A stretch of 64,000 nucleotides of DNA from Candidatus Oxydemutatoraceae bacterium (GTDB taxonomy: Bacteria; Pseudomonadota; Gammaproteobacteria; Poriferisulfidales; Oxydemutatoraceae): contig OZ244779.1 in assembly GCA_965219575.1 (NCBI GenBank), positions 748,769-812,768 on the forward strand, in the 5' to 3' direction. Both the position numbers and the translations under genes were made by a program. The stretch's first letter is position 1, and every line of letters starts with the position of its first letter. The notes under the pieces are model-generated. The model was not told where the DNA came from, ran no database searches, and saw only the letters and a program-made list of their open reading frames with translations. Shown here piece by piece: positions 1 to 10,459 of the stretch.

Positions 1-1686
1 TGCGCTCTGGGTTTTCGGGAACGCAATCACATCACGGATTGAGGTGCTATCGCTCATCAGCATCGCAATACGGTCTAAGCCGAAGGCGATACCGCCGTGC
101 GGCGGGCAGCCGTAGTTTAGTGCTTGCAGGAAAAAGCCGAATTTCTCTTCGGCTTCGGCTTCGTCAATACCCAAAACCTTGAACACCTTGCGCTGTGTGG
201 ATTGTTCGTGTATGCGTATAGAACCTCCGCCTAATTCTATACCGTTTATCACTACATCGTAGGCACGCGACAAGCAATCGCCGGGGTTCTCCAGCAAGCT
301 ATCCGAGTTCGTCGCCGGGGCAGTGAAAGGATGATGCACGGAATCCCATCGTTTAGCCTGATAGTTGTATTCAAACATCGGAAAATCAATAATCCACAAC
401 GGTTTCCATTTAGGCTCTTTAGCTACGAGGTCAAGGTCGTGGGCAATCCGCACGCGTAGCGCAGCCAGCGAATCGTTGACTATGTTTTTATGTCCGGCAC
501 CGAAGAATATCAAATCTCCGTCGTGGGCTTGTGTTCGTTCGATAATTTGCGCAACCACCTCGTCGGAAAGGAATTTCAGTATAGGAGATTGCAAGCCTGC
601 TCTGCCCGATGCGATGGACTCACATTTAATGTAAGCGAGTCCTTTGGCACCGAAGCGTGCGACATACTCGGTGTAATCGTCTATTTGTTTGCGGCTTAGG
701 CGACCTCCCTGCGGGATTTTTAACGCCGCAACGCGTCCTGCTCGATCCTCGGCAGGTTTGGAGAACACTTTGAATTCCACACCGCGCATCAAATCCGTCA
801 ACTCACTGAGTTCCAACGAAATACGCAGATCGGGACGGTCGCAACCGTAGCGAGCCATTGCGTCGGCATACGACATGCGCGGAAAATCGGCGAGTTCTAC
901 ATCCAGCACACAACGGTATAGGTCTTTTAGCATCTGCTCTATCAGTTCAATAATAGAGGTTTCATCCATGAACGAAGTTTCTATATCAAGCTGGCTGAAT
1001 TCGGGTTGGCGGTCGGCGCGCAAGTCCTCGTCGCGAAAACAACGCGGCATCTGGTAATAGCGGTCTAAACCACCCATCATCAATAACTGCTTGAATAATT
1101 GAGGAGATTGCGGTAGCGCATAAAAACTCTTGGGATGGACGCGGCTCGGAACCAAATAATCGCGTGCGCCTTCGGGTGTGGCACGCGTTAGCATCGGTGT
1201 TTCAATTTCTATAAAACCGTGTCGGTCTAAAAATACTCGCAGTGTTTTCAAAATCTTGGCACGCATTTTCAAATTTTCAAGCATTTGTGGGCGTCGCAAG
1301 TCCACATAACGATAGCGCAGGCGTATTTCATCGTTGACATCCCGGTCTTCCAGCTGAAACGGTGGTGTATCGGCTTCGTTGAGAATGATCAAAGACTCGC
1401 ATAGCAACTCAACCTTTCCGCTTTTGAGGTCGGGGTTCTCGGTTTCTTCAGGGCGCGCTCGCAACACCCCCTTTGCTTGTAACACGAACTCGTTGCGCAC
1501 CTTTTCGGCAATCGCAAATACTTCGGAATTAGAGGGGTCGGCAACTAATTGCAATAGGCCCTCGCGGTCGCGTAAATCTATAAATATCACGCCACCGTGA
1601 TCGCGGCGACGATTGACCCAGCCGCAAACACTGATCTCTTCACCGATTGAATGTTGGTCGATTTCTCCGCAATAATGACTTCGCAT
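1..1686 (-). CDS. aspS: Aspartate--tRNA ligase (3' end runs off the window)
   Basis: Manual translation from ATG at 1686: MRSHYCGEID..., with motifs GWVNRRRDHGGVIFIDLRDREG, TPEGARDYLVPSR, LPQSPQLFKQLLM, FRDEDLRADRQPEFSQLDIE, PPHGGIAFGLDR and DVIAFPKT. Missing from the ORF track because no stop lies in the window. Confidence 0.97.
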   Translation of the reverse strand, partial: MRSHYCGEIDQHSIGEEISVCGWVNRRRDHGGVIFIDLRDREGLLQLVADPSNSEVFAIAEKVRNEFVLQAKGVLRARPEETENPDLKSGKVELLCESLIILNEADTPPFQLEDRDVNDEIRLRYRYVDLRRPQMLENLKMRAKILKTLRVFLDRHGFIEIETPMLTRATPEGARDYLVPSRVHPKSFYALPQSPQLFKQLLMMGGLDRYYQMPRCFRDEDLRADRQPEFSQLDIETSFMDETSIIELIEQMLKDLYRCVLDVELADFPRMSYADAMARYGCDRPDLRISLELSELTDLMRGVEFKVFSKPAEDRAGRVAALKIPQGGRLSRKQIDDYTEYVARFGAKGLAYIKCESIASGRAGLQSPILKFLSDEVVAQIIERTQAHDGDLIFFGAGHKNIVNDSLAALRVRIAHDLDLVAKEPKWKPLWIIDFPMFEYNYQAKRWDSVHHPFTAPATNSDSLLENPGDCLSRAYDVVINGIELGGGSIRIHEQSTQRKVFKVLGIDEAEAEEKFGFFLQALNYGCPPHGGIAFGLDRIAMLMSDSTSIRDVIAFPKTQSA

Positions 1687-1702
1687 CGTTAATTGAGTCG
1701 TA

Positions 1703-2044
1703 TTAGGTTGAGGTCTTAGCCGACTGAGTGGTCTGTGGTTTAGGCGTGCTATTCTTGGCATTCGCAGTTTTATTCGGTGTGCCGTCGGTCTTTTTAGAGG
1801 CATCTTTAGCTTTACTCGTATCAGCCTTAGGTTCTTGAGTTTTTGCTAAATTACGCTGATTTTTGGTCTTGAAATCGGTTTCATACCAACCTTGACCTGC
1901 CAACCTAAAACTTGCCGCCGAGACAAGTTTTTTTAATGTGTCTTTGTGGCACGCCGGACATTTGCGCAAAGGTTGGTCCGATATTTGTTGCAATACCTCT
2001 AGACGTTCCTCGCAAGACTCGCAGATATATTCGTAAATCGGCAT
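1703..2044 (-). CDS. FmdB-family zinc-ribbon protein
   Basis: MPIYEYICESC...CPAC...FRLAGQGWYETDF with a low-complexity tail. Usual neighbour upstream of aspS. Start moved to the MPIYEY ATG. Confidence 0.9.
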   Translation of the reverse strand: MPIYEYICESCEERLEVLQQISDQPLRKCPACHKDTLKKLVSAASFRLAGQGWYETDFKTKNQRNLAKTQEPKADTSKAKDASKKTDGTPNKTANAKNSTPKPQTTQSAKTST

Positions 2045-2239
2045 CAGAGATATCCCCTTGGTTTTAGTAAGTTCATAATCGTAGATAGAAAACGCCATTA
2101 TAGCCGAGTTTCGGCTTATAGGGGAGAGCTAACATTTCCTCCCGGATTATTATTTTCATACATACCCAACCGTTTGAGGCAATAGGTTAATCGGTGGTTT
2201 TGTTGACTTTATATCTATTTTGTCGGACAATTTAGATAT

Positions 2240-3415
2240 ATGTTCCAAAGATTACTTAAATGTTCAAAAAATAAAAGTTTTTTCCTCTTCGGGGCAAGGG
2301 CTACGGGAAAGTCGAGCTATCTGGAGAGTTTCTGGAGCAGAGGCTTTAGAGGCAAACATAGCCTTCTGTGGATTGACCTGCTTGAACCTGAGAGAGAGCG
2401 CACACTATCCCTTAATCCGTCTGCTTTAGAACAAGAGATTGAAGCCCTGAAAGAAAAGCCTCGTTTCGTAGTGATTGACGAAATTCAAAAGGTTCCCAAA
2501 CTATTGGATGTAGTCCATCGTCTTATAGCAAAAAAGAAGTTAAATTTCGCTTTGACCGGGTCGAGTGCCAGAAAACTAAAATCGGGTGGAGCCAATTTGC
2601 TTGCCGGACGAGCTTTTCTATACAAGCTCTATCCTTTAACCTTTTTAGAATTAGGTGAAAAGTTCGACCTCCATGAAGTACTACAAAGAGGAAGTCTGCC
2701 CGAGATTTTCAATCTAAAAGATGAAAAGGAAAAAAATCGCTACTTAAATTCTTATGTGCAGGTTTATTTGAAAGAAGAGATTATTTATGAACAGATTATC
2801 AGGAATATCCAACCGTTTAGATTTTTTCTGGATGTGGCAGGTCAATGCAACGGGATGATTCTTAATTACTCCAGAATTGCCGCAGAAGCCGGCATCGATT
2901 ATAAGAGTTGCCAACGATACTTTGAGATATTGGAAGATACCTTTTTAGGCTTTCATCTATACCCTTACGCCAAATCAATTAGAAAAAGGCAAATCAAAAG
3001 CCCCAAGTTTTACCTCTTTGATGTGGGCGTAGCTAGAGCCTTGTCGGGGTTGCTCGCCGAAACCATAACACCTTCAAACTATGCTTTCGGTAATGCTTTT
3101 GAACATTTGGTTATTTCCGAAGCGTATAGGATTAACGAGTACTCCGAAAGCGGATATAAGTTTTCTTATTTCCGCTCTAAAGACGGCGTGGAGATCGACC
3201 TTATCCTTGAAAGAGGGAAAGAAGTTATACTCGTTGAGATCAAATCAAAAAACAAAGTTTTAAGCCATGACCTTAAAAGTCTTAAATCGGTGAGAGAAGC
3301 GATAAACTCTAAAAAGGAGTATGTGCTTTGCTTGGAAAAACGAGCTAGAAAAGTAGACGGTATAGAAATTATTCATTGGCAAGACGGCATAAAAAACATT
3401 TTCGACCAACCGTAG
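2240..3415 (+). CDS. AAA_14 ATPase with DUF4143 and a C-terminal PD-(D/E)XK-like domain
   Basis: Walker A GARATGKS, Walker B VVIDEIQK, LTGSSARKL, LAGRA, PKFYLFDVGV, and C-terminal EIDLILE...VEIKS. Confidence 0.85.
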   Translation: MFQRLLKCSKNKSFFLFGARATGKSSYLESFWSRGFRGKHSLLWIDLLEPERERTLSLNPSALEQEIEALKEKPRFVVIDEIQKVPKLLDVVHRLIAKKKLNFALTGSSARKLKSGGANLLAGRAFLYKLYPLTFLELGEKFDLHEVLQRGSLPEIFNLKDEKEKNRYLNSYVQVYLKEEIIYEQIIRNIQPFRFFLDVAGQCNGMILNYSRIAAEAGIDYKSCQRYFEILEDTFLGFHLYPYAKSIRKRQIKSPKFYLFDVGVARALSGLLAETITPSNYAFGNAFEHLVISEAYRINEYSESGYKFSYFRSKDGVEIDLILERGKEVILVEIKSKNKVLSHDLKSLKSVREAINSKKEYVLCLEKRARKVDGIEIIHWQDGIKNIFDQP

Positions 3416-3424
3416 GGGTAGTTA

Positions 3425-3470
3425 TTCCCCTCCTGTGGAGGGGTGGCAGGCGAAGCCTGACGGGGTGGTT
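3425..3470. repeat. GC-rich double-hairpin intergenic repeat (TTCCCCTCC-N4-GGAGGGG type)
   Basis: ccccTCC-tgt-GGAgggg stem followed by cagg-cgaag-cctg. A related half copy lies at 36863-36884. Confidence 0.6.
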
Positions 3471-3806
3471 GACAAGTGCTCTGTGCCACATGATTACTAA
3501 AACCACCCGTCTGATCTTGCACAACCCCAATCGCCTCGTACCACACAATTACGAAGATCATGATTTCCATAAAAATTCATGGTTATGCACGCTAACCATA
3601 TCTCCACAATAGTCGCAAGCGGATATTGTATTTTGTGATGTATGCGTTATTTAATGATTGAAGTTAAGCACAAAATTACCCCACTTATGCAGACATGCTA
3701 CTTTTCGAGTGTAAGCGCAAAGTAGTAATGTCACCTTTCGCCAAAGTAGAAATGTCACCTTTAGGGGACAATAAAGCATTTTTAACCCAGCTTAGGAGAA
3801 GATGCA

Positions 3807-5117
3807 ATGAACGAAGGAACTTACTCTATGTCAGACAAAGAAATAGAACGCCACCATGTCCTCAAGCGATGCTTGGAGGAAAAATTACCGAGAGCCAAGG
3901 CCGCACAGATGCTCAACATCAGCGTCCGCCATGTGAAGCGATTATTAAGTGCCTATCGCAAGCAAGATATCAAGGCACTGATATCTAAACGACGCGGTAA
4001 GCCTTCAAACAATAAAATACCGGAGACAATCAAACAACTAGCCGTTAAGCTCATTCGTGAGAACTATCACGATTTCGGACCGACTTTTGCACATGAGCAG
4101 TTGTTTGAATGTCATGGGCATTTATTTGACCGCTCATTCAGCGTTGAAACCTTGCGCAAGTGGATGATTGCAGAGGGGCTACACCAGGGTAAGCGACGCA
4201 ATGCAATCAAAACGCATCAAAGCCGTCCCAGACAAACTGGCTTCGGCAAACTCATACAGATTGACGGTTCGACCCACGATTGGTTTGAAGGGCGAGGCGA
4301 CCCCTGCACGCTCATTATATTTATTGACGATGCCACCTCACAGATTACCGCATTGCATTTCTGTGCTGCCGAGACCACCTTTGATTATATGCGAACACTC
4401 AAACAGCATATCCAACGCCATGGCTGCCCGTTGTGCCTGTATTCCGACCGCCATAGCATCTTTAGCAACAATGCCAAAGAGCAACACATCTTTCAACAAC
4501 CGACCCAGTTCCAAAGTGCTTTGCAACAAATGGAAATTGAACTATGCCTGGCACGCACACCGCAAGCTAAAGGACGCGTTGAACGCGCATTCAAAACCCT
4601 GCAAGACCGATGGGTCAAACTCATGAGGCTTCACAACATCTGCTCTATTGAGGAAGCTAACCAGTTTGCTCAATGGTATCTCCCAAAACACAATCAGCAG
4701 TTCGCCACGAAGCCTCTAGACAGCCACGACTATCATCGCAAAATGCCTCTCACCCAGCGAGAATTAGCACTGGCTTTGTCTAAACAGAGTACTAGAAAGT
4801 TATCGAAAAACCTCATCTGTCAGCATCATAATATACAGTATCTTATCAAAACCAAGAAACCCGGTTATGCGATGCGTGGCGCATCGGTCACCGTGTGCGA
4901 GCTACTCAATGGCGAGATTGTCATACTCTACAAAGGGCGGGAGTTGGCGCATGATATCTACTGCGAACACCCCCCACTGTCTCAACCGTACAACGACAAA
5001 ACAATCAATCTAGCGGTAGATGAGATTGTGGCAAAACACCGTCGCGGTCATAAGCCGAAGCCGACCCACCCGTGGAGACGCTACAATAAGGATTATCTCA
5101 GTGCCAAGCAGAAGTAA
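3807..5117 (+). CDS. DDE transposase, ISNCY/IS1202 group
   Basis: N-terminal HTH, DFGPTFAHEQL, QIDGSTHDWFEGRG, FIDDATS, YSDRHSIF, PQAKGRVERAFKTLQDR, and C-terminal KPKPTHPWR. Confidence 0.93.
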   Translation: MNEGTYSMSDKEIERHHVLKRCLEEKLPRAKAAQMLNISVRHVKRLLSAYRKQDIKALISKRRGKPSNNKIPETIKQLAVKLIRENYHDFGPTFAHEQLFECHGHLFDRSFSVETLRKWMIAEGLHQGKRRNAIKTHQSRPRQTGFGKLIQIDGSTHDWFEGRGDPCTLIIFIDDATSQITALHFCAAETTFDYMRTLKQHIQRHGCPLCLYSDRHSIFSNNAKEQHIFQQPTQFQSALQQMEIELCLARTPQAKGRVERAFKTLQDRWVKLMRLHNICSIEEANQFAQWYLPKHNQQFATKPLDSHDYHRKMPLTQRELALALSKQSTRKLSKNLICQHHNIQYLIKTKKPGYAMRGASVTVCELLNGEIVILYKGRELAHDIYCEHPPLSQPYNDKTINLAVDEIVAKHRRGHKPKPTHPWRRYNKDYLSAKQK

Positions 5118-5222
5118 TCAGAACCGGTGTTTTCCCAGACTTACGCACAGGCTGTCTAACATGCCTGTGCCACTGCAAACGCATCATTCGTCAAACCACG
5201 AGATAGCAACCGAGCACCACAC

Positions 5223-5480
5223 ACGCTCTAAAATGCTTGGGAATTGGAAGGTAGTAGAGTTCATCTCAACTAGAGATCGTCTCTTAACGGCACGCTATAG
5301 AGCTTGTTTTTTAGTCGGCAAGCCTGATTTAGGCAAAAACAAGCACTGGCACCGCATACGCTCTAAAATGCTTGGAAATTGGAAGGTAGTAGAGTTCATC
5401 TCAACTAGAGATCGTCTCTTAACGGCACGCTATGGGGCTTGTTTTTTAGTCGGCAAGCCTGATTTAGGCAAAAACAAGCA
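5223..5480 (+). repeat. Two 123-bp direct repeats (period 135 bp) in the 3' non-coding part of the IS
   Basis: Units 5223-5345 and 5358-5480 differ at 3 positions and are separated by 12 bp. The same arrangement occurs in IS copy 2 (44644-44901). Confidence 0.95.
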
Positions 5481-5781
5481 GTATTAGCCAATTTATCACC
5501 TAGTCGAATAATCAACTAACGGACATAAAGTAATCTTAGATATCTAGTTTCCTGAAGGTTTTATCGGCATCAAGGGTGACATTTCTACTTTGGTCAAGGG
5601 GGTGACATTTCTACTTTGGGTTGACACATGCTACTTTTCGAGGAGGAATATTAGCCCCCCCCTGCCAGTGATCCTAAAAATGGGCTAAGGTCAGTGCAAC
5701 TGCAACGAACGGCGATTCTCTTTTCATTGGCTCTATGTTAAGATAGCATAAAATTAAACTTTTAACTAGGAGTAAACAGAG

Positions 5782-6003
5782 ATGTCAGAAATAGCCTTAT
5801 ATAACACACTAACTAAATTAGGTGTGGAGCTGGATGAAGCCGAACGAGCCGTTGCCGATATAGCGAACACCGGTGATTTGGCAACAAAGGCAGAGTTAAA
5901 GGCAGAAGTGGCGAAGATAGAGACGGAGCTTAAGTATATGCGGTGGGTGCTAGGTCTAATCTTCGTTATGAATATCGCTATACTGATAAAATTGTTTTTT
6001 TAG
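5782..6003 (+). CDS. Small coiled-coil protein with C-terminal transmembrane helix (DUF1640/CCDC90-like)
   Basis: AGGAG RBS; DLATKAELKAEVAKIETELK followed by a hydrophobic C-terminus. Confidence 0.65.
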   Translation: MSEIALYNTLTKLGVELDEAERAVADIANTGDLATKAELKAEVAKIETELKYMRWVLGLIFVMNIAILIKLFF

Positions 6004-6083
6004 TTTTTATTTCAAGGGAACATACCCCTCAGTCCTTGGGTTCAAATTACTTACTTGGTTTTATAAAATAAAAAAGCCGGCTT

Positions 6084-7016
6084 TTGTCGATGTTATTAGC
6101 CATTCGTCATTACTTGGAAAGCCATCGCTTGGCATTGCGTCAGACGGTGCAAAACCTAAAAGCAAGTCCTTTGCTGACCGCATTATCGGTTGCGTTGATC
6201 ACTATTGCGTTGTCGTTGCCGGGGATTTTGTTGGTGATATTACAAAATACTCAGGGGATCGTCTCGGATTTAGAGCGTCCTGCTTCCGTATCGGCGTATA
6301 TTGCGCCGCGTACTTCGGATGCGACTATAGCGGAATTGACTAGTCAAATATCGGCAATGGAGAGCGTTGCGCAGGTGCAGCTCATCAGTGCCGAGGAGTC
6401 GTTGGATTATTTCAAAAACCAATACGGCATGGAACAGAGTTTGGTGTTATTCGATGAAAATCCTTTTCCTGCGGTTATTGAAATATCGGCAAAATTAGAA
6501 CATAGCCGTGGCATTGCCTTGGACACACTACTTTTTAATCTTGAACAACAAAGATATATAGAAAGAGTAGAAACGAACGTTGTATGGCTCGAGCGTATGG
6601 ATGCGCTGGTTGCTTTTATCGGCACTTCTGTTTGGTTATTGGCAATTTTGTTTGCAAGTGCCGCAATATTGATGATTTCTACGCTGATGCTAACGGAAAT
6701 AACGAGACGATTAGATGAAATAAAGATTCTCAGGTTATTGGGGGCAACCGCAATGTTTATCAGACGCCCTTTTCTCTATACGGCTTGGGCTTACGGCTTA
6801 TTGGGTGGTTTCGGGGCTACGCTTGTCATCGCTATCGTATGTACTTTGGTGCATGCAAAACTACAAGAACTGATTACGCTTTATTACGGAGGGAGTCTGG
6901 CGGGCTTAAATTATCTTATAATAGGTGTGGCAACTTTAGGTGTTGCCGTTACGATATGTCTGTCGGGTACGGGAATCGCACTGGTCAGACAGAGAAGGAA
7001 GTTATTAGACGGTTAG
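6084..7016 (+). CDS. ftsX: Cell division permease FtsX
   Basis: TM1 IALSLPG, periplasmic ENPFPAVIEI, WLERM, EIKILRLLGATAMFIRRPFLY, four TM segments. Confidence 0.85.
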   Translation: MSMLLAIRHYLESHRLALRQTVQNLKASPLLTALSVALITIALSLPGILLVILQNTQGIVSDLERPASVSAYIAPRTSDATIAELTSQISAMESVAQVQLISAEESLDYFKNQYGMEQSLVLFDENPFPAVIEISAKLEHSRGIALDTLLFNLEQQRYIERVETNVVWLERMDALVAFIGTSVWLLAILFASAAILMISTLMLTEITRRLDEIKILRLLGATAMFIRRPFLYTAWAYGLLGGFGATLVIAIVCTLVHAKLQELITLYYGGSLAGLNYLIIGVATLGVAVTICLSGTGIALVRQRRKLLDG

Positions 7017-7021
7017 CAATA

Positions 7022-7510
7022 ATGAAAAAGGCAATACTCATTTTTACTTTCGCCATCTTATCAACGATAGGAGGATCGGTGTCTGCACAAAACGAGGTCA
7101 ATGCGATTTGGGTAAAGAAATCGGAGCGTAAACTGCATTTGTTGACAAATTGGACAATCACCCACACATTTGCAATTTCACTGGGACAAAACCCGATAGG
7201 GCATAAGCAAAAATCGGGAGATCTTCGCACCCCCGAAGGACTTTATTATATAGATCGGCGTAATCCCGATAGTCGCTTTTTCCGTTCGCTCGGCATTTCT
7301 TTTCCGAATGACACCGACAGTTTTTTTGCCCGACTTAGAGGCGAAGACCCGGGCGGTGATATTATGATACACGGAGAACCTAACGACCCGATCAAAAGGA
7401 GAAATCTCGCAGACGACTGGACCGAGGGATGCATCGCTATGAAGGATGAAGATATGCAGATAGTTTGGCAGCTTGTAAAGGAAGGCACTCCGATATTGAT
7501 AATGCCTTGA
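7022..7510 (+). CDS. L,D-transpeptidase (YkuD) family protein
   Basis: Signal peptide from ATG 7022, VKKSERKL, GDLRTPEGLY, IMIHG...DWTEGCIA. Confidence 0.9.
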   Translation: MKKAILIFTFAILSTIGGSVSAQNEVNAIWVKKSERKLHLLTNWTITHTFAISLGQNPIGHKQKSGDLRTPEGLYYIDRRNPDSRFFRSLGISFPNDTDSFFARLRGEDPGGDIMIHGEPNDPIKRRNLADDWTEGCIAMKDEDMQIVWQLVKEGTPILIMP

Positions 7511-7591
7511 GGGTTGTTGACACTTTTAAGCAACCACTGCCGTTATAATAGTATTATGAACAAGATCTTAGAAAAGGAGGAATAAATAGCA

Positions 7592-7984
7592 ATGACTAAA
7601 AGAACATTTCTTGAACTTTATGCCTTTGCGGTTTGCTTTATCAATGTGCTGATAGGTAGCGTCGCCCTCGGGATTCTTATTTATGCTATGACGAGCATAG
7701 CCGCACCCGAGTTGACCTTGGCTAGTTGGGAACATTCAAAATACCAAAGTAACGACGAATTTATCGCAACTCGTCCGGATACCGAAAGTTTTGCCGACAA
7801 ATTAAAAAATATGTCGGAGCAAGAGATCACGCAAGCACGTGAAGCGGCGTATCGCATTGCACTCAAAGGAGAACAAAGAGAAGGCTTGCAGGACATCGTG
7901 CAGTATTCCATTGTTTTGTTGATTCAGGTCATCTTGTTTATTGTGCATTGGAGATTGATAAAAAGAAAAAGTCTGTCCGGCTAG
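7592..7984 (+). CDS. Hypothetical membrane protein (2 TM)
   Basis: Strong AGGAGG RBS; terminal hydrophobic helices, ending in VHWRL. Confidence 0.7.
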   Translation: MTKRTFLELYAFAVCFINVLIGSVALGILIYAMTSIAAPELTLASWEHSKYQSNDEFIATRPDTESFADKLKNMSEQEITQAREAAYRIALKGEQREGLQDIVQYSIVLLIQVILFIVHWRLIKRKSLSG

Positions 7985-8002
7985 AGTTTTCTACTGCACA
8001 GA

Positions 8003-8530
8003 ATGGATGTTTCCACCGATACCGCCCGACAAGCATTATTGAAAAATTACCACTATAAATGGCTCGGGGTTGTCTTATTCATCGTATTGTTAGATCAAAT
8101 CAGCAAAGGGTTTGCGGAGTCGTGGCTACTCCAAGGTCAGCCTTATCCTGTTATGCCGTCGTTTAATTTGACTTTGTGGTACAACACCGGTGCCGCTTTT
8201 AGTTTGCTCAGCGAGGCGGGTGGATGGCAACGATGGTTTTTCGTTGTAGTGACGGTGGTCGTATGCGGTATTCTTTGGTCTCTACTCAAAAAGTTGAAAC
8301 CCGGAGAGCCGGGTGCGGTTATGTCGGCTATCGGCATAGTGATGATAATGGGAGGTGCGTTGGGTAATTTGGTCGATCGTTTGTTCAGAGGCGCGGTTGT
8401 CGATTTTCTAGATGTTTATTATCGGTCGTATCATTGGCCGACATTTAACATAGCGGATATAGGCATCACCGTCGGTGCGCTGATGATTATAATCGTAGCC
8501 CTTTGCGATAAGGCTCCGAATAAGCAATGA
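8003..8530 (+). CDS. lspA: Lipoprotein signal peptidase II
   Basis: [36 protein letters not shown]. Confidence 0.97.
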   Translation: MDVSTDTARQALLKNYHYKWLGVVLFIVLLDQISKGFAESWLLQGQPYPVMPSFNLTLWYNTGAAFSLLSEAGGWQRWFFVVVTVVVCGILWSLLKKLKPGEPGAVMSAIGIVMIMGGALGNLVDRLFRGAVVDFLDVYYRSYHWPTFNIADIGITVGALMIIIVALCDKAPNKQ

Positions 8531-9501
8531 AAATTCTTTTAGCCAACCCCAGAGGTTTCTGTGCCGGTGTAGATAGAGCCGTCGAGATAGTAGAGCGTGC
8601 ATTGGCTATGCTCGGTAAGCCTATCTATGTGCGGCACGAAGTCGTGCATAATCGCTATGTGGTGACGGAACTTAGAAATAAGGGGGCTGTTTTTGTCGAG
8701 GAGTTAAACGAAATACCCGAAGAATCGGTTGTCGTTTTCAGTGCGCACGGTGTTTCTCGGGATGTGCGAGCGCAAGCTCGCAGCCGCCGACTGCGAGTGA
8801 TAGATGCTACCTGCCCACTGGTTACCAAAGTACATCTAGAAGTATTGAAAAATCAACAAGACGGTTATGAGACGATTCTGATAGGGCATCGCGGGCATCC
8901 GGAAGTCGACGGGACGATGGGGCAATACGACACAACCTCAACCGACGCTATTTTTTTAGTGGAATCCGCCCAAGATGCCGAACGGGTACAAGTTCGCAAC
9001 ATAAATAAAGTTGCGATGGTGACACAAACGACATTGTCGTTGGACGATACTGCCGAGATCATAAAGATATTGGTGGAACGTTTTCCGGGCATACGCAAAC
9101 CTCGCAAAGACGATATTTGTTATGCGACTCAAAACCGCCAAAACACAGTCAAGAAACTGGTTGAAGTATGCGATTTAATGTTAATCGTAGGTTCCAAGAA
9201 TAGTTCAAACTCCAATCGCCTACACGAAATTGCGGTTAAGCGAGGCGTTGAATCTTATTTGATTGATATGCCCGACGAAATCCTCCCGAAGTGGTTGGTC
9301 GGTAAAAAATGTATAGGGCTTTCGGCGGGTGCATCTGCACCCGAGACTTTGGTCAGGCAGGTTGTACGGAAACTCAAAGATTACGGAGCAAACGAAGTTG
9401 TAGAACAAGCGGGCATTGAGGAAACGGTGACATTTAGATTGCCCAAGGAACTTTGGGATCTTTCGGTTACTGCCATCTTACTCGGAGGTCATAATCAATA
9501 G
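8527..9501 (+). CDS. ispH: 4-hydroxy-3-methylbut-2-enyl diphosphate reductase
   Basis: [50 protein letters not shown]. Confidence 0.98.
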   Translation: MKILLANPRGFCAGVDRAVEIVERALAMLGKPIYVRHEVVHNRYVVTELRNKGAVFVEELNEIPEESVVVFSAHGVSRDVRAQARSRRLRVIDATCPLVTKVHLEVLKNQQDGYETILIGHRGHPEVDGTMGQYDTTSTDAIFLVESAQDAERVQVRNINKVAMVTQTTLSLDDTAEIIKILVERFPGIRKPRKDDICYATQNRQNTVKKLVEVCDLMLIVGSKNSSNSNRLHEIAVKRGVESYLIDMPDEILPKWLVGKKCIGLSAGASAPETLVRQVVRKLKDYGANEVVEQAGIEETVTFRLPKELWDLSVTAILLGGHNQ

Positions 9502-9522
9502 TTTTATAAATTAAAGCATATT

Positions 9523-10332
9523 ATGTTCAATCTGATAAAGATAACAAATCTCAATAATGCGCATTTCCGAAGACTGTTAGTAAAAAATTTAATAAATTTG
9601 GAACATCAAGCTAAGATGCTGAAATGTTTGTATAGATCGGGCTTCAGGACCTTTCCTGCATATTGCGATATAGATATTTCTCATAGGTATAGATTTATTT
9701 CTTTCCCAATTCCTAAAGTTGCCTCAACTACACAACTCAATATAATGTTGACCTTGCATATGGACTCGGAAAAACAGCGAAAAACCAGATTATATGAAAG
9801 GATTAAATATTTAGATTATTTTTTATATCGTTCAAGGTACAAGCATGATTATTATTCATGGACATTTGTTAGAAATCCCTGGGATAGATTATTTTCTTGT
9901 TACCGTTTTCTGATTCACGATCGTATTCGCAATAATGAAGAGCCTTATGCGCTTAGTAGCCCTTCAATTTGGAGATATTGGATGTATGGGAGGCATACCA
10001 TGGCATTGAATACGATGACATTTGAAGACTTTGTTAAGTACATCGTGAAAACACCCGATTGGTTTTTGGATAATCATTTTTCACCCCAACATTACTTTTT
10101 TGATGCAAAAAAAATAGACTTTATAGGGCGTTTTGAGAATTACGAAGCAGACATGTTAAAGTTGCTGACCATTATTGCACCGGGGCATAGAATTAACCGG
10201 ATCCCGAAAACTTATCAGAGTAGTAACAGCCTTGAAAAGAGAAATTACAAAGACTATTACACCGATGAAATGCGAGAAATCGTTGCTCGCAAATACGCAC
10301 GCGATATAAAATTATTTAATTATCAATTCTAG
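9523..10332 (+). CDS. Sulfotransferase family 2 protein (AT-rich)
   Basis: 5'-PSB-like PIPKVAST, 3'-PB-like FVRNPWDRLFSCY, HFSPQ, DFIGRFEN, YARDIKLFNYQF. Confidence 0.88.
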   Translation: MFNLIKITNLNNAHFRRLLVKNLINLEHQAKMLKCLYRSGFRTFPAYCDIDISHRYRFISFPIPKVASTTQLNIMLTLHMDSEKQRKTRLYERIKYLDYFLYRSRYKHDYYSWTFVRNPWDRLFSCYRFLIHDRIRNNEEPYALSSPSIWRYWMYGRHTMALNTMTFEDFVKYIVKTPDWFLDNHFSPQHYFFDAKKIDFIGRFENYEADMLKLLTIIAPGHRINRIPKTYQSSNSLEKRNYKDYYTDEMREIVARKYARDIKLFNYQF

Positions 10333-10459
10333 TAGTATGCGTTGGTATGCTACATGTACTTATGGCTAGGCGATGGACATTGCGCAATACTCGGTTACCG
10401 GTGTCGGGATAAGGCTAGACCTACATATCAGATCGTCATACAATACAAGAATGACTCAC

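Larger units (their letters stand above)
3710..5626 (+). mobile_element. IS1202-group (ISNCY; ISTde1-like, long target duplication) insertion sequence, copy 1, 1917 bp
   Basis: Ends TGT...ACA. Two subterminal AAAGTAG(T/A)AATGTCACC repeats at each end, inverted. Perfect 16-bp direct repeat CATGCTACTTTTCGAG at 3694-3709 and 5627-5642. Confidence 0.93.

Noticed and set aside
365-1600. Several short + strand ORFs
   Set aside because: All are antisense to aspS, which occupies the minus strand.
3491-3612. Short ORF MITKTTRLILH... resembling a GNAT N-terminus
   Set aside because: Only about 10 residues of resemblance in a 40-aa ORF; insufficient to call a pseudogene.
5223-5480. Repeat-spacer-repeat as a mini CRISPR or a guide RNA for IS targeting
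   Set aside because: The 123-bp repeats and 12-bp spacer do not fit CRISPR geometry, there are no cas genes, and I found no convincing match to either 16-bp target site.
5020-5487. 155-aa ORF with an internal 45-aa repeat in both IS copies (also 44441-44908)
   Set aside because: It overlaps the transposase end, has no recognisable domain or RBS, and its repeat just reflects the 135-bp DNA period. It is not excluded, but unsupported.
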